A stretch of 64,000 nucleotides of DNA from Mycobacteriales bacterium (GTDB lineage Bacteria > Actinomycetota > Actinomycetes > Mycobacteriales > JBJMIH01): the NCBI GenBank assembly GCA_045806985.1, contig JBJMIH010000081.1, positions 7,669-71,668 of the forward strand, given 5' to 3'. Position 1 is the first letter of the stretch; each line of letters starts with the position of its first letter. A model generated the notes under the pieces. It searched no databases and had not been told where the DNA came from. It saw only the letters and a list, made by a program, of their open reading frames with translations. Made by a program: the position numbers and the translations under genes. Below are positions 18,346-27,106 of this stretch, in pieces.

Positions 18346-19413
18346 GTGCGTACCTTGCGGGCGGCTGTCGCGGCCGTCGTGGTGGGGGCCGGGCTGGCCG
18401 GGTGCGGATCCGGTGGCGGAGGTTCCGGCCGGGTCGCGGCCAGCAGCAGGGAGGTGTCGTTCGTCGTCGACGGCACCCGGGCGTACGGGACGCTGGACGT
18501 GCCGGCCCATCGCCGCGGCCGGCGCCTGGCCGCGGCGTTGCTGCTGGCGGGCAGCGGGAACACCGACCGGGACGGGAACCAGAAGCCGAGGCTGACCCCG
18601 GACACGCTGAAGCAGGTCGCCGGCGCGCTGGACCGGATGGGCATCGCCAGCCTGCGCTTCGACAAGTACTTCGCCGGCCGGACCGGCCCGGGCCGCTACG
18701 CCGCCGATCCCGGCTCGATCGACCTGGACGCCTTCCTCCGGCAGGCCGGCGGGGCGTACCGGTTGCTCGCCGGCGAACCGGTGACGGACCGGCGCCGGCT
18801 GCTGGTGGTCGGGCACAGCGAGGGCGGCATGTACGCGCTCCTGCTGGCCGGGTCCGTGACGCCGCGCCCGGCCGGGCTGGCCCTGGTCGAGCCACAGGAC
18901 GAGCGCATCCTCGACCTCGTCGCGCTCCAGCTGGAGGAGGGTCTCGACCGGCAGGTGTCCGCCGGCGCCATCGGCGCGGACGTCGCCCGGCGGAACGTCG
19001 AGGGCGTGCGGCAGGCCGTCGCCGACTTCCGCGCCGGCCGGCCACCGAACACGGCCGGCCTGCTGCCCTCGGTGACCAGCGTGCTGGCGACGTTCGTCCT
19101 GTCGCCGGCCAACGTGCGGTACACCCGCACCGACGACGCCGTCTACGTGCCGGACCACGCCGCCAAGCTGCCGCGCGGCACCCGGGTGCTGGTGACCGAC
19201 GGCACCGCGGACTCCAACGTCCCGCCCAGCACGATCAGGCCGCTGGTCGACGCCCTGGCCAGCGCCGGCGCCAGCGGACCCGGGCTGGTCACCCTCGACG
19301 GCCTGAACCACGACCTCAACCCGGCGGGGACGAGGCCGAACGGCGCGCCGCTGGCCCCGGCGTTCCTGGCCGCCCTGCGGGGCTGGGCACGGCCGTACGC
19401 GACGGCCTCCTGA
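18346..19413 (+). CDS. Alpha/beta-hydrolase lipoprotein
   Basis: LAGC lipobox; AGSGNTDRDGN, LRFDK, GHSEGG nucleophile, GTADSNV, LNH. Confidence 0.85.
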   Translation: MRTLRAAVAAVVVGAGLAGCGSGGGGSGRVAASSREVSFVVDGTRAYGTLDVPAHRRGRRLAAALLLAGSGNTDRDGNQKPRLTPDTLKQVAGALDRMGIASLRFDKYFAGRTGPGRYAADPGSIDLDAFLRQAGGAYRLLAGEPVTDRRRLLVVGHSEGGMYALLLAGSVTPRPAGLALVEPQDERILDLVALQLEEGLDRQVSAGAIGADVARRNVEGVRQAVADFRAGRPPNTAGLLPSVTSVLATFVLSPANVRYTRTDDAVYVPDHAAKLPRGTRVLVTDGTADSNVPPSTIRPLVDALASAGASGPGLVTLDGLNHDLNPAGTRPNGAPLAPAFLAALRGWARPYATAS

Positions 19414-19426
19414 CGCACACGTCTTG

Positions 19427-19442
19427 ACTGAACCGGTTCAGT
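19427..19442. promoter_or_regulatory. Palindromic operator overlapping a TTGACT -35 element
   Basis: Perfect palindrome ACTGAACCGGTTCAGT. Confidence 0.55.
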
Positions 19443-19452
19443 ACGGGACTGT

Positions 19453-19466
19453 TGAGAGCGCTCTCA
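19453..19466. promoter_or_regulatory. CebR-type operator variant upstream of the GH5 gene
   Basis: Palindrome TGAGAGCGCTCTCA, two symmetric changes from TGGGAGCGCTCCCA. Confidence 0.7.
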
Positions 19467-19522
19467 TCGGTATCTAACCCCACAGACCGGTACCTATCCC
19501 CGCCTCGGAAGGAGAGCGAACC

Positions 19523-21016
19523 ATGAGGAGATATCGCGTTGCCCTGGTGGCAGCGGCGGCGACCAGCCTGGTGTCGGCCGGCGCCGTGGCGGCCGTGATG
19601 CACGCGTCGGCGGCCAACAGCGGCTGCTCGGTGACGTACAAGGTGACCAACCAGTGGCAGGGCGGCTTCCAGGCCGACGTCTCGTTCACCAACCTGGGCG
19701 ACCCGCTGACCTCGTGGAAGCTGGAGTTCGACTTCCCCGCCGGCCAGGCCGTCACCCAGGGCTGGAACGCCACCTGGTCGCAGTCCGCCGCGCACGTCAC
19801 CGCCGCCAACATGAGCTGGAACGGCAGCGTCGGCACCAACGGGACGGTGTCCTCGCTCGGCTTCACCGGCTCCTGGACCGGCAGCAACCCGGTACCCGCC
19901 GCGTTCAGCATCAACGGCACCGCCTGTACCGGCAGCGTGACGAGTTCGCCGACCCCCACGCCGACCGGCAGCTCACCGCCGCCCCCGCCGCCCGGCGGCC
20001 CCGCCCCCGCGCTGCACGTGTCCGGCAACAAGCTGGTGACATCGGCCGGCAAGACCTACCGGCTGCTCGGCGTCAACCGGGCCAGCGCCGAGTTCGCCTG
20101 CGTGCAGGGCAAGGGCATGTGGGACAGCAGCCCGGTGGACCAGGCCTCGGTCAACGCCATGCTGGCCTGGAACATCCACGCGGTGCGGATCCCGCTGAAC
20201 GAGGACTGCTGGCTCGGCACCTTCGGCACCCCCAGCGGGGCGACGTACCAGCAGGCCGTCAAGGACTACGTGAACCTGCTGGTGTCCAACGGCATCAACC
20301 CGATCATCGACCTGCACTGGACGCACGGCGCGTACACCGGTCCCAACTCCGCCTGCGCGGACGCGAACGCGACCTGCCAGAAGCCGATGCCGGACGCCGA
20401 GTTCACGCCGACCTTCTGGACCCAGGTCGCCACCATGTTCAAGGGGAACAACGCGGTCCTGTTCGACCTGTTCAACGAGCCGTACCCGGACGCGGCCAAC
20501 AACTTCTCCAACGCCACCGCGGCATGGACCTGCCTCCGTGACGGCGGCACCTGCGCCAACATCGGCTACCAGGTCGCCGGGATGCAGAGCCTGGTCAACG
20601 CGGTCCGCGGCGCCGGCGCCACGAACGTACTCCTGGTGCCCGGCCTGACCTGGACCAACGACCTGACCCAGTGGCTGGCCTTCAAGCCGACCGACACGGC
20701 GGGCAACATCGTCGCGTCGTGGCACTCGTACAACTTCAACGCGTGCGTCACCACGTCCTGCTGGGACAGCCAGATCGGCTCGGTGGCCGCCCAGGTGCCG
20801 GTGCAGGCCGGTGAGATCGGCCAGAACACCTGCGCGCACGACTACATCGACCAGGTGATGGCCTGGGCGGACGCGCACGGCGTCGGGTACACCGCCTGGA
20901 CCTGGAACCCGTGGGGTTGCAGCCAGGGCAACGTCCTCATCACCGACTACAACGGCACGCCGACCGACTCGTACGGCGCCGGCTACAAGGCACACCTGCT
21001 CACCGTGAACCCGTAA
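19523..21016 (+). CDS. Secreted CBM2-GH5 endoglucanase
   Basis: N-terminal CBM2; AVRIPLNEDCW, DLHW, FNEP, HSY, GEIG. Confidence 0.92.
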   Translation: MRRYRVALVAAAATSLVSAGAVAAVMHASAANSGCSVTYKVTNQWQGGFQADVSFTNLGDPLTSWKLEFDFPAGQAVTQGWNATWSQSAAHVTAANMSWNGSVGTNGTVSSLGFTGSWTGSNPVPAAFSINGTACTGSVTSSPTPTPTGSSPPPPPPGGPAPALHVSGNKLVTSAGKTYRLLGVNRASAEFACVQGKGMWDSSPVDQASVNAMLAWNIHAVRIPLNEDCWLGTFGTPSGATYQQAVKDYVNLLVSNGINPIIDLHWTHGAYTGPNSACADANATCQKPMPDAEFTPTFWTQVATMFKGNNAVLFDLFNEPYPDAANNFSNATAAWTCLRDGGTCANIGYQVAGMQSLVNAVRGAGATNVLLVPGLTWTNDLTQWLAFKPTDTAGNIVASWHSYNFNACVTTSCWDSQIGSVAAQVPVQAGEIGQNTCAHDYIDQVMAWADAHGVGYTAWTWNPWGCSQGNVLITDYNGTPTDSYGAGYKAHLLTVNP

Positions 21017-21026
21017 CCCACGCGGA

Positions 21027-21062
21027 CGGGCCCCGGCCGGTCACCTGCCCGGTCGGGGCCCG
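21027..21062 (+). terminator. GC-rich stem-loop after the GH5 gene
   Basis: CGGGCCCCGGCCGG / CCGGTCGGGGCCCG. Confidence 0.55.
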
Positions 21063-21087
21063 ACCCACCGCACGGACGGAGGAGACC

Positions 21088-22152
21088 ATGCCACGCAAGC
21101 CCGTCCTGTTCGCCGTCCTCGCCGCGCTCGCCGCCGCGCTGACCCTCACGGTGACCGAGCACGCCTTCCCGGCCGCCGCCCCGGTCCGGATCATGCCGCT
21201 CGGGGACTCCATCACCGCCGGGCCCGGGTGCTGGCGCGCCATCCTCTGGCACCACCTGCAGACCACCGGGTACACCAACATCGACTTCGTCGGCAGCGTC
21301 GCCGACGGGGGCTGCAACTACGGGTACGACTACGACGGCGACAACGAGGGCCACGGCGGCTTCTCCGCCACCGGCATCGCCGACCAGAACCAGCTGCCGG
21401 CCTGGCTGGACGCGGCGAGGCCGGACATCGTCCTCATGCACCTCGGCACCAACGACATGTGGGGCGGCTCGATCCCCGTCGACACCGTGCTCGCCGCCTA
21501 CACGAAGCTGATCGGCCAGATGCGCGCCGAGAACCCGGACATGAAGATCGTCGTCGCGCAGATCATCCCGATGAACCCGCCCGGCTGCGCCACCTGCGCC
21601 GCCGAGGTGGTAGCGCTCGACAACGCGATCCCGGGCTGGGCCGCCGGCCTCACCACGGCCCGGTCGCCGATCGCCGTCGCCGACCTGTGGACCGGCTTCG
21701 ACACGGTCGCCGACACCAACGGCGACGGGGTGCACCCCAACGACTCCGGCTTCCAGAAGATGGCCGACGCCTGGTACCCGGCGCTGACCCCGCTGCTGAC
21801 GCCCACCCCGCCCAGCTCGCCGCCGCCCAGCTCGCCGCCGCCCGCCGGCGGTTGCACGGCAAGCTACCGGGTGGTCAGCCAGTGGTCCGGCGGCTTCCAG
21901 GGCGAGGTGACCGTGCGCAACACCACCGCCGCCACCACCGCCCGCTGGACCGCCGCCCTGGCCTTCACCGCCGGCCAGCAGATCACCCAGTCCTGGAACG
22001 CCACCGTCACCCAGACCGGCACGGCGGTCACCGCCCAGAACCTGAGCTGGAACGGCACCCTCGCCCCCGACGCCTCCACCACCTTCGGCTTCCTGGCCTC
22101 CTCCACCGGCACCACCAATCCACCTCCGCCCGTCACCTGCACGACCAGCTGA
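21088..22152 (+). CDS. Secreted SGNH hydrolase with C-terminal CBM2
   Basis: PLGDSIT, NEGHGG, HLGTND, DGVHP; CBM2; ATG after GGAGGAG. Confidence 0.9.
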   Translation: MPRKPVLFAVLAALAAALTLTVTEHAFPAAAPVRIMPLGDSITAGPGCWRAILWHHLQTTGYTNIDFVGSVADGGCNYGYDYDGDNEGHGGFSATGIADQNQLPAWLDAARPDIVLMHLGTNDMWGGSIPVDTVLAAYTKLIGQMRAENPDMKIVVAQIIPMNPPGCATCAAEVVALDNAIPGWAAGLTTARSPIAVADLWTGFDTVADTNGDGVHPNDSGFQKMADAWYPALTPLLTPTPPSSPPPSSPPPAGGCTASYRVVSQWSGGFQGEVTVRNTTAATTARWTAALAFTAGQQITQSWNATVTQTGTAVTAQNLSWNGTLAPDASTTFGFLASSTGTTNPPPPVTCTTS

Positions 22153-22224
22153 CCGCGGGTCGCGGCCGGCGGCGGGCTGGCCATCGCCCGGGTAGGTGTT
22201 CGAGCGGTCTCGTACGGTGGGGAG

Positions 22225-22890
22225 GTGCTGTGTGTGTTGGATGTGAATGAGACGTTGCTCGACGTGGGCGCGCTGGACGACTTCTTCGTCGACCTGGCCG
22301 GCGCCATCGACGCCCGGCGGGAGTGGTTCGACCTGTTGATCCACCATGCGCTGGCGGTGACCGCGGCGGGCGGGTACCGGCCGTTCGGGGAGATCGCGGG
22401 GGCGTGCCTGGTTCCGGTGGTGGCCGCGCACGGGGGTAGGGCGACACCCGAGCACCAGCGCGAGCTGGGCGAGCGGTTGCGGCGGCTGCCGGCGCATCCG
22501 GAGGTCGCCGGGGCGATCGGCCGGCTGCGGGAGGCGGGTTTCGACGTGGTGACGCTGACCAACTCCGTCGCCGCCGTCGCCGAGGACCAGCTGGCCAACT
22601 CGGGCCTGCGGCCGCTGGTCGACGCCGTCTACTCGGCCGACCAGGTACGGCGGCTGAAGCCGGCGCCCGAGCCGTACCGGCTCGTCCTGGCGGACCGGGG
22701 CGTCGCGCCGGAGCAGGCGGTGCTGGTCGCCGCGCACGGGTGGGACATCGTCGGCGCGTCGGCGGTCGGCATGGCCACCGCGTTCATCTCCCGGGACGGG
22801 CGCGTCCCGCTGCCCGCGGCCGAGGCGCTGACGCTGGTGGCCGGCGATCTGGAGGACGCCGCCGGCCAGCTCATCGCGCGGTACTCCTGA
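22225..22890 (+). CDS. Haloacid dehalogenase type II
   Basis: DVNETLLD, LTNS, KPAP, AAHGWD. Confidence 0.88.
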   Translation: MLCVLDVNETLLDVGALDDFFVDLAGAIDARREWFDLLIHHALAVTAAGGYRPFGEIAGACLVPVVAAHGGRATPEHQRELGERLRRLPAHPEVAGAIGRLREAGFDVVTLTNSVAAVAEDQLANSGLRPLVDAVYSADQVRRLKPAPEPYRLVLADRGVAPEQAVLVAAHGWDIVGASAVGMATAFISRDGRVPLPAAEALTLVAGDLEDAAGQLIARYS

Positions 22891-22919
22891 GCCGGCCAGA
22901 GCTCGAGGTGAGGGAAACC

Positions 22920-24272
22920 ATGGGTGCGCGGCGATACGCGATCGTGGGGACGGGCGCGCGGGCGGAGATGTTCGTGCGGGCGATGGTGGGCGAGCACGCC
23001 GACCGGTGCGCGGTGGTCGCGCTCGCCGACACCAACCCGGTGCGGGCGACCGTGCACCGGGACCTGGTCACCAGCCTCGGCGCGCCGCCGCCGGCGGTGT
23101 ACGACGCCGCCGACTTCGCCCGGATGCTGCACGAGGAGCGGGTGGACGCGGTGCTGGTGTCCACGGTGGACCGGTACCACGACCGGTACATCGTCGCCGC
23201 CCTCGACGCGGGCCGGGACGTGCTCACCGAGAAGCCGATGACGATCGACGCGCCGCGCTGCCGGTCCATTCTGGACGCCGCCGCCCGCACCGGCCGCCGG
23301 GTCACGGTTACCTTCAACTACCGGTACAACCCGCTGCACGAGGCGGTGCGGCGGGTGCTGGCCGGCGGCGAGATCGGCGAGGTCGGCTCCGTCCACTTCG
23401 AGTGGCTGCTCGACCTGCGGCACGGCGCCGACTACTTCCGCCGCTGGCACCGGGACAAGGCCAACTCCGGCGGGCTGCTCGTGCACAAGGCCACCCACCA
23501 CTTCGACCTGGTGAACTGGTGGCTGGGCGCGGTGCCGCGGCGGGTGCACGCGGAGGGCCGGCTGTTCTTCTACGGCGCCGAGGCCGGCGCGCGGCACGGG
23601 TACGCCCGCGACTACGAGCGGGCACACGGCGCGCCGGCAGCCGCCGGCGACCCGTTCGCGCTGCGGATGGCCGGCAGCGAGGGGCTGCGCCGGCTGTACC
23701 TGGAGGCCGAGGAGCACGACGGGTACCACCGCGACCGGAACGTGTTCGCGCCCGGCGTCACGATCGAGGACGACATGGCCGTGCTGGTGCGGTACTCGAC
23801 CGGCGCGACGATGAGCTACCACCTGACCGCGTACTCGCCGTGGGAGGGCTACCGGGTGATGGTCAACGGCAGCCGCGGCCGGCTGGAGCTGGAGGTGGTG
23901 GAGAACGACCACGTCGCCCCGGCCGCCACCGGCGGCCTGAAGGGCGCGGTCCAGCACGGCGCGGAGGCGGCCGCCGAGGACGGCTGGGCGCGGCTCCGGG
24001 TCTGCCCGTTCTGGCGGCCGCCGTACGACGTCGAGGTGCCCGGCTACGCGCGCGAGGGCCACGGCGGCGCCGACGCGAGGATGACCGCCGCCCTGTTCGG
24101 CCCCGACGCCGGCCGGCCCGACCCGCTCGGCCGCGGCGCCACCGAACTCGACGGCGCCCGCTCCCTCCTCACCGGCCTGGCCGCCAACGAATCCCTCGCC
24201 ACCGGCCACCCCGTCGACATCCCCACCCTCCTCGACCTGGACAGGTACACCACCGGCCATCCCCTGGGCTGA
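22920..24272 (+). CDS. Gfo/Idh/MocA family oxidoreductase
   Basis: VGTGAR, TEKPM, FNYRY, HGADYFRRWHR, HHFD, GHGG. Confidence 0.9.
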   Translation: MGARRYAIVGTGARAEMFVRAMVGEHADRCAVVALADTNPVRATVHRDLVTSLGAPPPAVYDAADFARMLHEERVDAVLVSTVDRYHDRYIVAALDAGRDVLTEKPMTIDAPRCRSILDAAARTGRRVTVTFNYRYNPLHEAVRRVLAGGEIGEVGSVHFEWLLDLRHGADYFRRWHRDKANSGGLLVHKATHHFDLVNWWLGAVPRRVHAEGRLFFYGAEAGARHGYARDYERAHGAPAAAGDPFALRMAGSEGLRRLYLEAEEHDGYHRDRNVFAPGVTIEDDMAVLVRYSTGATMSYHLTAYSPWEGYRVMVNGSRGRLELEVVENDHVAPAATGGLKGAVQHGAEAAAEDGWARLRVCPFWRPPYDVEVPGYAREGHGGADARMTAALFGPDAGRPDPLGRGATELDGARSLLTGLAANESLATGHPVDIPTLLDLDRYTTGHPLG

Positions 24273-24311
24273 GTCCTCGGGAGCGGGACGCCAACGGGCA
24301 CTGCCCTGCCG

Positions 24312-24375
24312 TTGACAGGGTTATGCCCGAATTGGGATGATTATATGTTTCGAGCTTTTGTTCGAAATTTCGAAC
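24312..24375 (+). promoter_or_regulatory. Promoter and palindromic operator of the arabinofuranosidase genes
   Basis: TTGACA at 24312; perfect palindrome GTTCGAAATTTCGAAC at 24360-24375. Confidence 0.65.
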
Positions 24376-24449
24376 GAAAGCGCTGCTCAGGCCTGCCAGT
24401 TCGCACCGACCGGTCGATGTGCCATGCCCCACGAACGGAAGGAACGACG

Positions 24450-26021
24450 ATGGTGGTCCGGTCACGACCTCGGCGCGCCCGGCGGGCGCTGCTGCTCGGC
24501 GGTGTCGCCGTCGCGCTCGGCGCCGGCGTGCCGGTGGGCCTTCCCGGTGTCGCGCGGGCCGCGGGCCCGCTTCCCTGCGACCTCTACGCGTCCGGCGGGA
24601 CGCCCTGCGTGGCCGCGCACAGCACCACGCGGGCGCTGTTCTCCAGCTACAACGGCAGCCTCTACCAGGTACGCCGGGCCTCGGACAGCGCCACGGCCAA
24701 CATCGGCGTGCTGGCGGCGGGCGGGTACGCCAACGCCGCCGCGCAGGACTCGTTCTGCGCCAACACCTCTTGCGTCATGACGGTCATCTACGACCAGACC
24801 TCCCGGCACAACGACCTGCCCGTCGAGCCGGCCGGGACGGCGGGGCCGGCCAACGCGGGCGTGCCGGCCGACGCGCTGCCGGTGACCGCCGGCGGGCACA
24901 CGGTGTACGGGGCGTCGTTCTCCGGCCGGATGGGCTACCGGCACGCCGCCGCCTCCGGCACCGCCCGCAACGGCCAGCCGGAGGGGATGTACATGGTCAC
25001 CTCCGGTACCCACGTCAACGGCGCGTGCTGCTTCGACTACGGCAACGTCGAGGTGCCGATCGCCGACACCGGCAACGGGCACATGGACGCGATCAACTTC
25101 GGCACCGAGTGCTGGTTCTCGCCCTGTTCGGGCAGCGGCCCGTGGGTACAGGGCGACCTGGAGAACGGCCTGTTCCAGTCCGACGACGGCGTCAGCAAGA
25201 ACCCGTCGAACACCGGCAACGCCGCGCCGTTCGTGACCGCGGTGCTGAAGAACAACGGCCAGAACTTCTTCGCGCTCAAGGACGGCAACGCCCAGTCCGG
25301 CGGCCTGAACACCCGGTACTCCGGCGCGCTGCCGACGTCCCGGCCCGGGTACGAGCCGATGCACCAGGAGGGCTCCATCGTCCTCGGCACCGGCGGCGAC
25401 AACAGCAACGGCTCGCACGGCTCGTTCTTCGAGGGCGTGATGACGGCCGGCCTGCCCAGCGACGCGACCGAGAACGCCGTGCAGGCCAACATCGTGTCGG
25501 TCGGGTACGGCGCGCCGAGCCCGGTCGCCGGCGGCACCCTCAACCCGGGCTCGACGATCTCGCTGCGCGCGACCACCGCGTGCTGCACCACCCGGTACGT
25601 CCGGCACCAGAACGGCAACGCCGTTACCTCGGTGATCAGCTCAAGCAGCTCGGCGCTGGACAGGAACGACGGGTCCTGGATCGTGCGCCGCGGCCTCACG
25701 AACAGCGCTGCCGACAACTCGTGCGTGTCGTTCGAGTCGCGCAACTTCCCCGGCGACTTCCTGCGGCACTTCAACTTCCAGCTGTTCCGGCAGCCGGACG
25801 ACGGCACCGCGATCTTCCGGTCCGATGCCACCTTCTGCCCGGAGCCCGGCAAGAACGGCCAGGGCACGTCGTTCCGGTCGGTCAACTTCCCGACCCGGTA
25901 CCTCCGGCACTTCAACAACACCCTGTACATCGCCAGTGACGGCGGCTCGAACGCGTTCGACTCGGCCACATCCTGGGCCGACGACGTGAGCTGGGTCGTC
26001 AGCGCGCCCTGGGCGCCGTAG
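24450..26021 (+). CDS. GH54 alpha-L-arabinofuranosidase with CBM42 (AbfB) domain
   Basis: PCDLY..GTPCVAAHSTTRAL, CCFDYGN, DLENGL, GTGGDNS, FFEG; SFESRNFPGDFLRH. Confidence 0.92.
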   Translation: MVVRSRPRRARRALLLGGVAVALGAGVPVGLPGVARAAGPLPCDLYASGGTPCVAAHSTTRALFSSYNGSLYQVRRASDSATANIGVLAAGGYANAAAQDSFCANTSCVMTVIYDQTSRHNDLPVEPAGTAGPANAGVPADALPVTAGGHTVYGASFSGRMGYRHAAASGTARNGQPEGMYMVTSGTHVNGACCFDYGNVEVPIADTGNGHMDAINFGTECWFSPCSGSGPWVQGDLENGLFQSDDGVSKNPSNTGNAAPFVTAVLKNNGQNFFALKDGNAQSGGLNTRYSGALPTSRPGYEPMHQEGSIVLGTGGDNSNGSHGSFFEGVMTAGLPSDATENAVQANIVSVGYGAPSPVAGGTLNPGSTISLRATTACCTTRYVRHQNGNAVTSVISSSSSALDRNDGSWIVRRGLTNSAADNSCVSFESRNFPGDFLRHFNFQLFRQPDDGTAIFRSDATFCPEPGKNGQGTSFRSVNFPTRYLRHFNNTLYIASDGGSNAFDSATSWADDVSWVVSAPWAP

Positions 26022-26034
26022 GAGGAGATGCACG

Positions 26035-27078
26035 ATGCGACCGGTCCGATCCCTGGCCGTGGCCGCCGCCGCGATGGCGGCGCTCGCCACCACGGCCGCC
26101 ACCCCCGATCACGCCCGCGGGTTGCCGTCGACGTTCCACTGGTCCTCCAGCGGTCCGCTGATCGGCCCGCAGTCCGACGCCACCCACGACATCGTGGCGA
26201 TCAAGGACCCGTCGGTGGTCTATTACCACCACCGGTGGCACGTCTTCGCCAGCACCGCCAACAACGCCGGCAACTACAGCATGGTGTACCTGAACTTCCG
26301 CGACTGGTCGCACGCCGGCTCGGCCACCCAGCACTACCTGGGCGACACGGCGATCGGCAACGGCTACCGGGCCGCGCCGGAGGTGTTCTGGTTCGCCCCG
26401 CAGCACCGGTGGTACCTGGTCTACCAGACCGGCAACGCCTCGTACTCCACCAACACCGACATCTCGAACCCGGCCGGCTGGACCGCGCCGAAGAACTTCT
26501 ACGACGGCGTGCCACCGATCATCCAGCAGAACATCGGCAATGGTTTCTGGGTCGACATGTGGGTGATCTGCGACCGGGTGAACTGCTACCTGTTCTCCTC
26601 CGACGACAACGGCCACCTGTACCGGTCGCAGACCACCGTCGCGGACTTCCCCAACGGCATGAGCCAGCCGGTCATCGCGATGCAGGACCCGAACCGGTTC
26701 GCCCTGTTCGAGGCCAGCAACGTGTACCGCGTCGCCGGCACCCACCAGTACCTGCTGCTGGTCGAGGCGATCGGCTCGGACGGCCAGCGCTACTTCCGGT
26801 CCTGGACCGCCCCGGCGATCGACGGCAGCTGGACACCGCTGGCCGCCACCGAGGCCAACCCGTTCGCCAGGGCCAGCAACGTGGCGTTCGCCGGCACGCC
26901 GTGGACGGCCGACATCAGCCACGGCGAGATGATCCGGGCCGGGCACGACCAGACCCTCACCATCGATCCCCACCACCTGCATTACCTGTACCAGGGCAAG
27001 GACCCCAGCGCCGGCGGCGACTACAACCACCTGCCGTGGCGGCTGGGGCTGCTCACCCAGATTCGAGGTACCCCCTGA
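26035..27078 (+). CDS. GH62 alpha-L-arabinofuranosidase
   Basis: WSSSGPLI, KDPSVV, AAPEVF, LFEASNVY, DISHGE, LPWRLGLL. Confidence 0.93.
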   Translation: MRPVRSLAVAAAAMAALATTAATPDHARGLPSTFHWSSSGPLIGPQSDATHDIVAIKDPSVVYYHHRWHVFASTANNAGNYSMVYLNFRDWSHAGSATQHYLGDTAIGNGYRAAPEVFWFAPQHRWYLVYQTGNASYSTNTDISNPAGWTAPKNFYDGVPPIIQQNIGNGFWVDMWVICDRVNCYLFSSDDNGHLYRSQTTVADFPNGMSQPVIAMQDPNRFALFEASNVYRVAGTHQYLLLVEAIGSDGQRYFRSWTAPAIDGSWTPLAATEANPFARASNVAFAGTPWTADISHGEMIRAGHDQTLTIDPHHLHYLYQGKDPSAGGDYNHLPWRLGLLTQIRGTP

Positions 27079-27106
27079 GTGTATTCATTGAGTGTATAGT
27101 AACCCA

